IMG/VR virus record: IMGVR_UViG_3300028025_000092
Origin: a virus
DNA: 64,000 nucleotides
Strand: one strand, 5' to 3'
Program-made: the position numbers and the translations under genes
The notes under the pieces: generated by a model
What the model saw: only the letters and a program-made list of their open reading frames with translations
What the model was told of the DNA's origin: nothing
Databases searched by the model: none
Shown here: one piece after another, positions 1-8,892 of the stretch
How the letters are laid out: the number at the start of each line of letters is the position of its first letter
How positions within the stretch are numbered: position 1 is the first letter of the stretch

Positions 1-1
1 G

Positions 2-619
2 TCTGGTGCTGCTGGATCATCTGGATCTTCAGGTCAATCAGGATCATCTGGTTCTTCTGGACAGACAGGGTCATCTGGATCATCTGGTTCTTCTGGACAG
101 ACAGGATCATCTGGTTCTTCTGGTTCGACAGGAACTTCTGGTACTGGATTCTCTACGATAGCCAATGCAGGAACAAGTAGAATATTAACTTCTGACGGAA
201 CGTCAAATGCAGCAAATGCAGAGGCTAATTTAAAGTTTGATGGCACAACACTTACAATAGACGGACAAATAAGAAATGTTGCAAATAGACAAATAAACGT
301 TTCGGTTACACAACCAACGGCTGTTACCATTTTCACATTAAGCAAGACCTCGAATTATGCCATGTTTTTTGATTATTGGATTAAGGACGAAGCATCTCCT
401 TATGGGGGTAGAGCAGGAACAGTATTAGCAGGATGGGATGCTAGCACTAATAATATTCAGTACTCTGAAATATACACGCCTGATATAAACTCAGCAACTG
501 ATTTTTATCTTGAGCCTGTTATAAGTGGCAGTAACATAGTATTAAAACTTGGATTGATTAACCCAGGAACAAAACTATTTACCGTACTGATAAACGCAAG
601 AGCAATATATTCAGTATAA
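2..619 (+). CDS. 3' part of a Gly-Ser/Thr repeat (collagen-like) fibre protein, 5' end outside window
   Basis: Frame open from base 2 (SGAAGSSGSSGQ...) through the 362-619 ORF to TAA at 619. Confidence 0.8.
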   Translation, partial: SGAAGSSGSSGQSGSSGSSGQTGSSGSSGSSGQTGSSGSSGSTGTSGTGFSTIANAGTSRILTSDGTSNAANAEANLKFDGTTLTIDGQIRNVANRQINVSVTQPTAVTIFTLSKTSNYAMFFDYWIKDEASPYGGRAGTVLAGWDASTNNIQYSEIYTPDINSATDFYLEPVISGSNIVLKLGLINPGTKLFTVLINARAIYSV

Positions 620-637
620 AAATATAAGTAAAATTGG

Positions 638-3600
638 ATGCCAGGATTATTAATTAAGCAGCCCTTTGGATTAGGACATTTAAATCTAACAAGCAATTAT
701 ACAATATCAGCTTTACAAACAACTGGTATTTATAATATATTTAATTGTACAGCAGGAACGTTCACCGTAACACTTCCTTCAGCAAGTGTGGCTACCCCTG
801 GTTATTATTACACAATAAAAAACTCAGGTTCTGGTGTTATTACTATTAATTCAATAAGCGGAAGTATAGAGGGATTAAGTACAGCAACACTTAATCCCAA
901 TGGTAGTATACAGGCATTTAGTGACGGTACTAACTGGAATATCATGGGTGGAAGTCTTGCGGGCACATCAGGTTCTTCAGGCTCTTCTGGAATTTCAGGT
1001 TCTTCTGGATCCTCTGGAATATCTGGAACAGAAGGAACTTCTGGTACATCGGGGAACAATGGATCATCGGGATCATCGGGTACCTCAGGAGAATCGGGAT
1101 CATCAGGATCGTCAGGAAATAATGGGTCATCAGGATCGTCAGGAACATCAGGGGCTAATGGATCATCAGGATCATCAGGATCCTCTGGATCTAGTGGATC
1201 GGGGGGTTCATCAGGAACTACTGGTACATCGGGGTCTGCAGGATCATCAGGTACAACTGGAACTTCTGGATCTTCGGGATTAACTGGAACCTCCGGTCAA
1301 TCAGGATCATCGGGAAGCACAGGTACTTCAGGATCTTCAGGAACATCGGGTACTTCTGGACAAACAGGTACTTCTGGAACCTCTGGACAAACTGGTGCTT
1401 CTGGTACATCGGGTACTTCAGGACAAACCGGTGCTTCTGGTACATCCGGTACTTCTGGACAAACCGGTGCTTCTGGTACATCCGGTACTTCAGGTACTTC
1501 TCCAACAGGATTAGTTGCTTCTAATTATGTTGTCCAAGGTTACTTATCAACCTCTCAAAGTATTCCTTCGCAGATTGATACGGTAATTCAATTTATTGAT
1601 GATTTCGACCCAAATAACTGGTGGGACGCATCAACATATAGATTCACCCCAACAGTTGCTGGTTACTATAATGTAACTCTTGAGGTTTTATGGCAAAGTG
1701 GTACGACAACTACTAATCAATATAATTCACAAATTCGCAAAAACGGAAATCAAATATTCATTTGGCAAACTCAAATAACCGCAAATACAAATGTTGCTCA
1801 GGGTAATAGTAAAATAATTTACTTGAATGGTTCTAGTGATTATTTAGATTTCACTGGTTATAATGGAGATACTGTTAGTAGAAATATTGAGGGTAGTGCG
1901 AATAGAGGAACAACTTATTTCTCAGCATCTTTAATTGTTGGTGGTGGTACATCAGGTACTTCAGGAACTAATGGAACATCAGGATCTTCAGGGACTTCTG
2001 GTTTAAGTGGTTCTTCAGGAACATCAGGATCTTCTGGACAAAACGGAACATCAGGATCTTCAGGAACTTCTGGGTCAACAGGTACATCGGGTTCTACTGG
2101 ATCTTCCGGAACATCAGGTACCTCTGGACAATCAGGATCTTCAGGAACTTCCGGACAAACAGGTACTTCAGGTACTTCTGGTCAATCTGGTACTTCAGGT
2201 ACTTCTGGTCAATCTGGTACTTCCGGATCAACTGGCACTTCTGGATCAACCGGTACTTCAGGTACTTCTGGTCAATCTGGTACTTCAGGAACTTCCGGAC
2301 AAACAGGTACTTCAGGTAGTTCAGGTTCATCAGGAGCTAATGGTTCTTCAGGTTCAAGCGGAACTTCTGGTTCATCAGGATCAACAGGTTCTTCAGGTTC
2401 AACCGGAACTTCTGGTTCATCGGGATCAACTGGATCGTCAGGATCAACTGGTACCTCGGGTACATCAGGAGTAAGTGGAATTAGTGGTCTTGATGGTACA
2501 TCAGGAACTGCTGGAACATCCGGATCTTCCGGATCTACAGGATCTACAGGAACGTCAGGTAGTTCAGGTTCTTCCGGAACTGCTGGAACATCCGGATCTT
2601 CCGGTACATCGGGGAATTCTGGTACTTCAGGATCATCGGGCACATCGGGGAATTCTGGTACTTCAGGATCATCAGGGAGTTCAGGTACTTCTGGATCATC
2701 AGGAGCTGTTGGAACACCGGGATCTTCGGGAACATCAGGATCATCAGGAGCTGTTGGAACACCGGGATCTTCGGGAACATCAGGATCATCAGGAGCTGTT
2801 GGAACACCCGGATCTTCTGGAACATCCGGATCATCTGGATCATCAGGAAGCACAGGATCGTCTGGATCATCAGGTACATCTGGATCATCAGGTACATCTG
2901 GATCTTCAGGAAGCACAGGATCATCTGGATCATCAGGTACATCTGGATCTTCAGGAAGCACAGGATCATCTGGATCATCAGGTACATCTGGATCTTCAGG
3001 AAGCACAGGATCATCTGGATCATCAGGTACATCAGGATCTTCAGGAAGCACAGGTTCTTCAGGTTCATCAGGGGCTAACGGAGGAAATGGTTCTTCAGGT
3101 TCTTCAGGTTCATCAGGGGCTAACGGAGGAAATGGTTCTTCAGGTTCTTCAGGTTCTTCAGGTTCATCAGGGGCTAACGGAGGAAATGGTTCTTCAGGTT
3201 CTTCAGGTTCTTCAGGGGCTAACGGAGGAAATGGATCTTCAGGTTCTTCAGGTTCTTCAGGGGCTAACGGAGGAAATGGATCTTCAGGAACATCAGGAGC
3301 TAATGGAGCAGCAGGATCTTCCGGAACATCAGGAGCAGGTACAATTAGTGGAACAACAAACTATGTTTCTAAATTTACAGGTTCAACGACAATAGGAAAT
3401 TCACTAATCAGGGATGACGGATCCAATATAGGAATTAACACTGCCCCTGATGGTAGTTATCAAGTTAAGATTGCTACATCTATAAATGATGGAACTCTTG
3501 CATTAGATTCATCAGCAAGTATTAATGCTCTTTATTTCAATAAGAACGGAACTAAACAATTTGAAATTAGCTACGATACTGGAGGCGCAACTAAAATTTT

Positions 3601-4159
3601 AAGATTACTACCTTATCAAACCGGATCGATATTTCAAATAGGTAATCCTTCTAATGCAGCTAATAGCAATAGTGATTATATTTTTATTTCAGAGTCAACC
3701 TACGGAAACGTGATGATAGGACCTGGATTAGCAAACGGCCTTGGTAATTTAACAGGAGCTACAGCAGCAACACACAAAATTCAGCTTAAAGGAGCAGTTT
3801 TTGCCGACACATCAATAGCTTGTGCAGGTGATATCACAGCTTATTATTCATCTGATAGAAGATTTAAGGACGATATAGTAAAGATTGATAATCCATTAGG
3901 AAGAATCAATCAAATTAATGGGGTATTTTGGAAATGGAATGATAATGTATCAATCGACACAAAGAATTCTCCAAACACGGGATTGATAGCACAAGAAGTT
4001 CAAAATGTTTTACCTGAAGTTGTTAAGGAAAGAGCTGATGGATATTTAGCACTTGATTATCAAAAAATGGCAGGTTTATTTGTTGAATCGATCAAAGAAT
4101 TATATTCTATGGTTACAGATTTAAAAGAGGAATTAGAAAAAATAAAAAAGGAAAAATAA
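638..4159 (+). CDS. Tail/capsid fibre: Gly-X-Y (Ser/Thr) repeats, internal C1q-like domain, C-terminal peptidase S74 intramolecular chaperone
   Basis: Gly at every third residue over long tracts; WDASTYRFTPTVAGYYNV resembles C1q; SDRRFKDDIV...GLIAQEVQNVLPEVV...coiled coil is the S74 signature. Confidence 0.8.
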   Translation: MPGLLIKQPFGLGHLNLTSNYTISALQTTGIYNIFNCTAGTFTVTLPSASVATPGYYYTIKNSGSGVITINSISGSIEGLSTATLNPNGSIQAFSDGTNWNIMGGSLAGTSGSSGSSGISGSSGSSGISGTEGTSGTSGNNGSSGSSGTSGESGSSGSSGNNGSSGSSGTSGANGSSGSSGSSGSSGSGGSSGTTGTSGSAGSSGTTGTSGSSGLTGTSGQSGSSGSTGTSGSSGTSGTSGQTGTSGTSGQTGASGTSGTSGQTGASGTSGTSGQTGASGTSGTSGTSPTGLVASNYVVQGYLSTSQSIPSQIDTVIQFIDDFDPNNWWDASTYRFTPTVAGYYNVTLEVLWQSGTTTTNQYNSQIRKNGNQIFIWQTQITANTNVAQGNSKIIYLNGSSDYLDFTGYNGDTVSRNIEGSANRGTTYFSASLIVGGGTSGTSGTNGTSGSSGTSGLSGSSGTSGSSGQNGTSGSSGTSGSTGTSGSTGSSGTSGTSGQSGSSGTSGQTGTSGTSGQSGTSGTSGQSGTSGSTGTSGSTGTSGTSGQSGTSGTSGQTGTSGSSGSSGANGSSGSSGTSGSSGSTGSSGSTGTSGSSGSTGSSGSTGTSGTSGVSGISGLDGTSGTAGTSGSSGSTGSTGTSGSSGSSGTAGTSGSSGTSGNSGTSGSSGTSGNSGTSGSSGSSGTSGSSGAVGTPGSSGTSGSSGAVGTPGSSGTSGSSGAVGTPGSSGTSGSSGSSGSTGSSGSSGTSGSSGTSGSSGSTGSSGSSGTSGSSGSTGSSGSSGTSGSSGSTGSSGSSGTSGSSGSTGSSGSSGANGGNGSSGSSGSSGANGGNGSSGSSGSSGSSGANGGNGSSGSSGSSGANGGNGSSGSSGSSGANGGNGSSGTSGANGAAGSSGTSGAGTISGTTNYVSKFTGSTTIGNSLIRDDGSNIGINTAPDGSYQVKIATSINDGTLALDSSASINALYFNKNGTKQFEISYDTGGATKILRLLPYQTGSIFQIGNPSNAANSNSDYIFISESTYGNVMIGPGLANGLGNLTGATAATHKIQLKGAVFADTSIACAGDITAYYSSDRRFKDDIVKIDNPLGRINQINGVFWKWNDNVSIDTKNSPNTGLIAQEVQNVLPEVVKERADGYLALDYQKMAGLFVESIKELYSMVTDLKEELEKIKKEK

Positions 4160-5440
4160 ATGCCAGGATTATTAATTAAGAAGCCCTTCGGACTTGGTCA
4201 ATTAAATTTAACAGATACCTATGTAATATCGTCTCTACAGACAACCGGTATTTATGACATATTTAATTGTGTATCAGGAACGTTCACAGTAACACTTCCT
4301 TCAGCAAGTGCGGCTACATCCGGCTATTATTATACAATAAAAAACTCAGGGTCTGGTACTATAACAATTGATACACAGGGCGGAAATATAGACGGATTTT
4401 CTACTATCACTTTAAACGCTAAAGGAAGTTTACAGGCATTTAGTGACGGAAGCAACTGGATCGTAATGGGTGGAAGTGTAAGCAGTACTTCAGGTACAGC
4501 AGGAACCTCAGGTCCGTCAGGAACTTCAGGTATATCCGGAACTTCTGGATCGTCAGGATCTTCTGGAACAAGCGGATCTTCTGGCGCATCAGGTTCATCA
4601 GGATCTTCAGGTTCTTCCGGATCGTCAGGTGCCAACGGATCATCAGGATCGTCAGGATCTTCAGGAGCTGCAGGTACTTCAGGTTCATCAGGATCTTCAG
4701 GAACAACAGGATATTCGGGATCTTCAGGATCCTCTGGAACGACAGGATCTTCAGGATCTTCAGGAAGCACAGGAACATCTGGATCCTCGGGTTCTTCTGG
4801 AACCTCAGGAGCTAATGGCGGAAATGGATCATCAGGATCTAGTGGAGCATCCGGTGCTTCCGGAACATCTGGAACATCAGGAGCTAATGGAGGAAATGGA
4901 TCATCAGGATCTAGCGGAGCATCTGGTTCTTCGGGATCTTCCGGATCTTCAGGATCTAGCGGAGCATCTGGTTCTTCGGGATCATCAGGGGCATCTGGAA
5001 CTTCCGGTGCAAGCGGAACCTCAGGAACTGGGTTTAATACTATAACAAGTCCCGAAAACCTCAGGGTTCTTATTTCGAATGGCGGATCTAATACTGCATT
5101 TTGCAACACCAATATTTACGTCGATAATACAAATTCTTATGTTTATGCTAACGCATTCTTTCAAAATTCCAGCAGAAAATTAAAAACAAATATAGAATCT
5201 CTTAACTATTCTGCAATTGATCTTCTTTCTAAAGTTGATGTTGTTAAATTTAATTATCTTAATGATCTTATAAATCCTCATATAGGATTTATTGCAGAGG
5301 ACACGCCAGAAGAGCTTTCGACAAAATCACAAAATGCTATGGATACGAACTCAGTCGTTGGTGTTCTTATTAAAGCAGTACAGGAGCTTTCCGAAGAATT
5401 GAATAGAATTAAGAAATGGCAAGATCGACAAAAGCCTTAA
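4160..5440 (+). CDS. Paralogous Gly-Ser repeat fibre with S74 chaperone domain
   Basis: First ~105 aa very similar to 638-4159 (MPGLLIK.PFGLG.LNLT); SSRKLKTNI...HIGFIAED. Confidence 0.8.
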   Translation: MPGLLIKKPFGLGQLNLTDTYVISSLQTTGIYDIFNCVSGTFTVTLPSASAATSGYYYTIKNSGSGTITIDTQGGNIDGFSTITLNAKGSLQAFSDGSNWIVMGGSVSSTSGTAGTSGPSGTSGISGTSGSSGSSGTSGSSGASGSSGSSGSSGSSGANGSSGSSGSSGAAGTSGSSGSSGTTGYSGSSGSSGTTGSSGSSGSTGTSGSSGSSGTSGANGGNGSSGSSGASGASGTSGTSGANGGNGSSGSSGASGSSGSSGSSGSSGASGSSGSSGASGTSGASGTSGTGFNTITSPENLRVLISNGGSNTAFCNTNIYVDNTNSYVYANAFFQNSSRKLKTNIESLNYSAIDLLSKVDVVKFNYLNDLINPHIGFIAEDTPEELSTKSQNAMDTNSVVGVLIKAVQELSEELNRIKKWQDRQKP

Positions 5441-6276
5441 TAACAAGGCAGGATTTAATAGATATGAGTGAGGAAGGACTAGTTCTTCTTCGTCAGGGAT
5501 CGGGAATAGAGAATTCTGGAAACTATATTAACAAAATTCTAAGCAGGGAAGAGATTGCACAATTTGCTTATCTAGACGGTAGTCCATTCGACTTAGATGA
5601 TGGCAGTCTATTTTTATACAGAACAGAAATTACTGGTCCGGAAACATTTGGACCTATACCAGGATTTATAAATGATACGGCTACAATAGAAACCTTTGTA
5701 CAAGGACCTGTAATAGACGGAAAAAGAGCAAACGGAGGTTCAGTAACATCTAAAAGCGTAACTGTTCCCTCTAATAAAAATAGAATGACCCATTACGGGG
5801 TAGATCCTGCATTCCATGATACTATAGTATCTCCTACAGTATCACTTTACAGTAAAACAGTTTATATAAATAATCAAAGGGCTAATACTGGTCTTTTTAC
5901 TGCGTCGCTAACTGTAGGAAAAAGTGGAACTACCCCAACCGGAACTTATACAAGATCTACTGTTGGATCTACGGATTTATCCGGAAATATCAGATTGGGA
6001 AATCTAGTCAATTTTAGTTTAGCTCCACCATCAGTTTGGCTAACTGGTGGATTTTTGACAATGGAGGTGTTTGAAAATAGTGTCTTACAGTATAGTAAAA
6101 CTGTATACATTAGTGCAAATTCATCCACTGTTTTAACATTAAATGATTATAGAATTAAATTTGGGATAAATTATGAATTTAAAGGATCGTCGATAACAAT
6201 ATCTGAATTTACTGGGGCATATAGTAATGTAACTGGACAGAGAGCTTGTAATTCATATTTATTGAATGAAGCTTAG
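5416..6276 (+). CDS. Hypothetical virion-associated protein
   Basis: 286-aa beta-rich ORF overlapping the fibre gene stop. Confidence 0.6.
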   Translation: MARSTKALITRQDLIDMSEEGLVLLRQGSGIENSGNYINKILSREEIAQFAYLDGSPFDLDDGSLFLYRTEITGPETFGPIPGFINDTATIETFVQGPVIDGKRANGGSVTSKSVTVPSNKNRMTHYGVDPAFHDTIVSPTVSLYSKTVYINNQRANTGLFTASLTVGKSGTTPTGTYTRSTVGSTDLSGNIRLGNLVNFSLAPPSVWLTGGFLTMEVFENSVLQYSKTVYISANSSTVLTLNDYRIKFGINYEFKGSSITISEFTGAYSNVTGQRACNSYLLNEA

Positions 6277-6291
6277 TGTAAATAATTTAAA

Positions 6292-7983
6292 ATGGCAGCA
6301 ATAACATCAACTATAACATTTGATTTCACTAAAACTAATCCAGTAAAAAGATGGCAGTTTAATCCAAACGGAGCAGATGGTTATATTTTTAGTGACAATC
6401 AAATAACAGGACCCACTGCCCAAACCGTTGTTGATGGAAGTCTTTTCAAGGTATCAAGATCTAGCGATGAATACGACGGATTGACAGAGGGGGATGGTGC
6501 TTATATATACACAGTTGCATCCATCAACGAGTTACTTAACATAAACTCTCAGAATACATTTGTTAAGAGCATCTGTATAATTCCAAAATTTGCTACCAGA
6601 AACAATTATGGCGGTATGATTGTGGACAATACGCAACAGATATTTGATACATTTTTTGAAGGAAGATGGATTAATTCAGGAACAGGATTTTCGGAAATGT
6701 ACAGAGGAAGAATTAGATTTATAAACTGGTCTAATGATTATGTCCTAACCGGACCTCCCGATGAAGCTGATCCTAACAATCTTTTAGGAGGCACATATAA
6801 TACTTTTACTTTTAATGTTGGCTATAATTATTATTTTGCCACAGCCGGTCCGGCAGCATTTGCAGATCTTGGCTCTCAGGCAGGAAATGCAGTGGGTGGG
6901 GGATATGATAATTATTACGCTGCAGGAGCATTATGGGCCAATTATAGTGCTTTCAACAGCTATACAGTTCCTAATGCTTTTTATAGCTCCCGTGGCGGCA
7001 CTAATGGACAATTTAAATATTTAAATTTCACACCCGGTGTATCAGGTGCAGGATCGTCCAGACCATATGGGGATTTTTGGGATAAATCACTTATGACCTT
7101 TGAGACCGTTAGGTTTGAAATTCCGTTTGCAATAACTATCCCACAATTTCAGCACGTGTATGAGGGTTGGCCTTGGAATAAGTCAAGAAAAACTCTTACC
7201 ACGGATTTCATATTTACTAGTATCGATATTGTCGTTACATACGATACTGTAAGTGAATATAAATTAAAATTCTTTTCAGATCTAGATATCACGGCAGGTA
7301 ATAATTTTTCTTCCTCTACTGTTTATTTAGATAAAAACAAAACAAGAACAGTTCCCCAAGGATATTTAGCCACTGGGGGTAAACATTTTATAGTAAATGC
7401 CTCAGGTTTATTAACAGCGAAAAGAACATGTCAAGCTACGATCACTTTAACAGCATCCGTTAATGGGACAGTTTCATCAAGCTATCCTTCAGCAGCTAGT
7501 GGATATGGGAGTTATAGTTTTAACGAAGATGTTTCTTATATAACATTAGATGCCTCTCCAAACTATCCCATAATTTTCGATAGATGGGAGGCAATAGATT
7601 TTGACGGAAACACATCAACAATCAGTTACGATTCAACTATCAACGTTTATAACGGGCTTTATGCAAGTATACAACCAATATTCTCGGAATCAGCTCCGCC
7701 ACCGCCAACACCTCAATCCTATGAATATGCAATTGGACCAGCAGGTTCAAGTTCGGGCGAAGCATGTAGTTATTTTTCTTCATATTTACCAGAAGTTGTA
7801 TATGCTTCAGAGAGTCAGAGTTCGATAGTTACGAGATTCTTTACAGATTCTGGATTAACAACAGGATATGGTGGTTCGGGATTACATGCATGGAGAAGAG
7901 ATGTTGATTCAAATTCGCAACTTATCTATGGTGAGGTATCAGCTAGCGGATACACGAGCGGCATGGGATCATGTGTAATTTAA
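6292..7983 (+). CDS. Hypothetical virion-associated protein
   Basis: 563-aa Ser/Thr/Tyr/Gly-rich ORF in the fibre block. Confidence 0.6.
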   Translation: MAAITSTITFDFTKTNPVKRWQFNPNGADGYIFSDNQITGPTAQTVVDGSLFKVSRSSDEYDGLTEGDGAYIYTVASINELLNINSQNTFVKSICIIPKFATRNNYGGMIVDNTQQIFDTFFEGRWINSGTGFSEMYRGRIRFINWSNDYVLTGPPDEADPNNLLGGTYNTFTFNVGYNYYFATAGPAAFADLGSQAGNAVGGGYDNYYAAGALWANYSAFNSYTVPNAFYSSRGGTNGQFKYLNFTPGVSGAGSSRPYGDFWDKSLMTFETVRFEIPFAITIPQFQHVYEGWPWNKSRKTLTTDFIFTSIDIVVTYDTVSEYKLKFFSDLDITAGNNFSSSTVYLDKNKTRTVPQGYLATGGKHFIVNASGLLTAKRTCQATITLTASVNGTVSSSYPSAASGYGSYSFNEDVSYITLDASPNYPIIFDRWEAIDFDGNTSTISYDSTINVYNGLYASIQPIFSESAPPPPTPQSYEYAIGPAGSSSGEACSYFSSYLPEVVYASESQSSIVTRFFTDSGLTTGYGGSGLHAWRRDVDSNSQLIYGEVSASGYTSGMGSCVI

Positions 7984-7998
7984 AAATGCATTTTTATT

Positions 7999-8048
7999 GT
8001 AACTTTTTCTTATATTTGGATATAATTTAAATAGTTAAACGATATATA
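7999..8048 (+). promoter_or_regulatory. Stacked promoters for tRNA operon 1 leader (GTAAC-N17-TATAAT, host-type TATATTTG, GATATATA)
   Basis: GTAAC 7999-8003 / TATAAT 8021-8026; TATATTTG 8011-8018; GATATATA 8041-8048; all three motifs recur upstream of other genes. Confidence 0.6.
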
Positions 8049-8055
8049 AATCAAA

Positions 8056-8148
8056 ATGAACAAGAGCTTTAATATATTACCGCTTCATAGCACGTTATTA
8101 TCTTCATCAAGAAGACCGATAACTCCTGCGAAGATCCTAGGTAATTAA
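8056..8148 (+). CDS. Leader peptide of tRNA operon 1 (MNKSFNILPLHSTLLSSSRRPITPAKILGN)
   Basis: 30-codon ORF after an A-rich leader; codons 7-24 all encode amino acids of cluster-1 tRNAs; its 3' end is the antiterminator strand. Confidence 0.8.
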   Translation: MNKSFNILPLHSTLLSSSRRPITPAKILGN

Positions 8149-8173
8149 GAGAAACTTAAATTCATTTTCATCT

Positions 8174-8211
8174 AAAAAGCCTAGATCCTTAAAAAAGATT
8201 TAGGCTTTTTT
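8174..8211 (+). terminator. Attenuator terminator of tRNA operon 1
   Basis: GCCTAGATC/GATTTAGGC 9-bp stem then T6; its 5' strand can instead pair with AAGATCCTAGGT (8131-8142). Confidence 0.8.
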
Positions 8212-8216
8212 GTTGG

Positions 8217-8228
8217 GTTCTTTGACAT
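8217..8228 (+). promoter_or_regulatory. boxA-like antitermination element
   Basis: GTTCTTTGACAT resembles rrn boxA (GCTCTTTAACA); lies between the attenuator and the first tRNA. Confidence 0.55.
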
Positions 8229-8244
8229 GGTGTTAAATTAAAAA

Positions 8245-8329
8245 GGAGAGTTGGCAGAGCGGTCGATTGCGGCAGTCTTGAAAACTGTTGACTGTAAAAG
8301 GTCCCGGGGTTCGAATCCCTGACTCTCCG
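8245..8329 (+). tRNA. tRNA-Ser(TGA)
   Basis: GGAGAGT/ACTCTCC acceptor, GCAGT-CTTGAAA-ACTGT, long variable arm, TTCGAAT. Confidence 0.95.
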
Positions 8330-8334
8330 CAACT

Positions 8335-8407
8335 GCCTCCTTAGCTCAGCTGGTAGAGCGACGCACTTGTAATGCGTAGGTCATTGGTTCGATCCCGATA
8401 GGAGGCT
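8335..8407 (+). tRNA. tRNA-Thr(TGT)
   Basis: GCCTCCT/AGGAGGC, ACGCA-CTTGTAA-TGCGT. Confidence 0.95.
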
Positions 8408-8474
8408 CAACGCTAACGTAAAATACGTACGCTAACATAATATCTGTTAGAATACAAAAGTTCGGTAGCAAGCT

Positions 8475-8572
8475 TATTAGACCCCGCAGAGGCTGGCGCC
8501 ACCAGTATGGACGTAACGTTCATGCCATACTGAAAGCACGCGGAAACGCTGAAATGGTGGTCGGGTCTAATA
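8475..8572 (+). ncRNA. Candidate structured ncRNA (multi-way junction)
   Basis: TATTAGACCC/GGGTCTAATA closing stem; CCACCA/TGGTGG; GTATGG/CCATAC; GCG-GAAA-CGC GNRA hairpin. Confidence 0.6.
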
Positions 8573-8575
8573 CTT

Positions 8576-8665
8576 AGAGAGGTGTCCGAGAGGCTGATGG
8601 AGCACGCTTGGAAAGCGTGTTTACGAGTGATCGTAACAAGGGTTCGAATCCCTTTCTCTCTGCCA
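8576..8665 (+). tRNA. tRNA-Ser(GGA), CCA encoded
   Basis: AGAGAGG/TCTCTCT, CACGC-TTGGAAA-GCGTG, variable arm, GCCA end. Confidence 0.95.
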
Positions 8666-8675
8666 AAAGATATAT

Positions 8676-8796
8676 GCCGGTGTGGCGGAATGAATGATCT
8701 CGAATTCGAATAGAGATTATTAGACGTCCCGTAATTCTAGAAAAGGTGGTGAATCCGAAATGGACACCGTGGAGGTAGCCAGACCTCCCACCGGCA
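8676..8796 (+). ncRNA. tRNA-Leu-like RNA with D-loop hairpin insertion, unpaired anticodon region and non-canonical T-loop
   Basis: GCCGGTG/CACCGGC-A acceptor; TGGCGGAATG...AGACG Leu-type D arm; GGAGG-TAGCCAGA-CCTCC T arm. Confidence 0.7.
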
Positions 8797-8803
8797 CCTT
8801 TTT

Positions 8804-8889
8804 GCCTGGGTGTTGAAATAGGTAGACAAGACAGACTTAAAATCTGTTGGACTGTAAAGTCCGTGCGGGTTCGATTCCCGCCCCAGGTA
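8804..8889 (+). tRNA. tRNA-Leu(TAA)
   Basis: GCCTGGG/CCCAGGT-A, ACAGA-CTTAAAA-TCTGT, variable arm. Confidence 0.95.
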
Positions 8890-8892
8890 CAT

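Noticed and set aside
34-5112. Long antisense PEVPDDP-type and alternate-frame QVLQDH-type ORFs (also 56660-58975)
   Set aside because: Shadow frames of the 9-nt Gly-Ser/Thr repeats, which lack stops; no independent starts
8499-8560. Hammerhead ribozyme (CTGAAAG...GAAA three-stem layout)
   Set aside because: Core is CUGAAAG, not CUGANGA, and there is no NUH cleavage triplet after stem III
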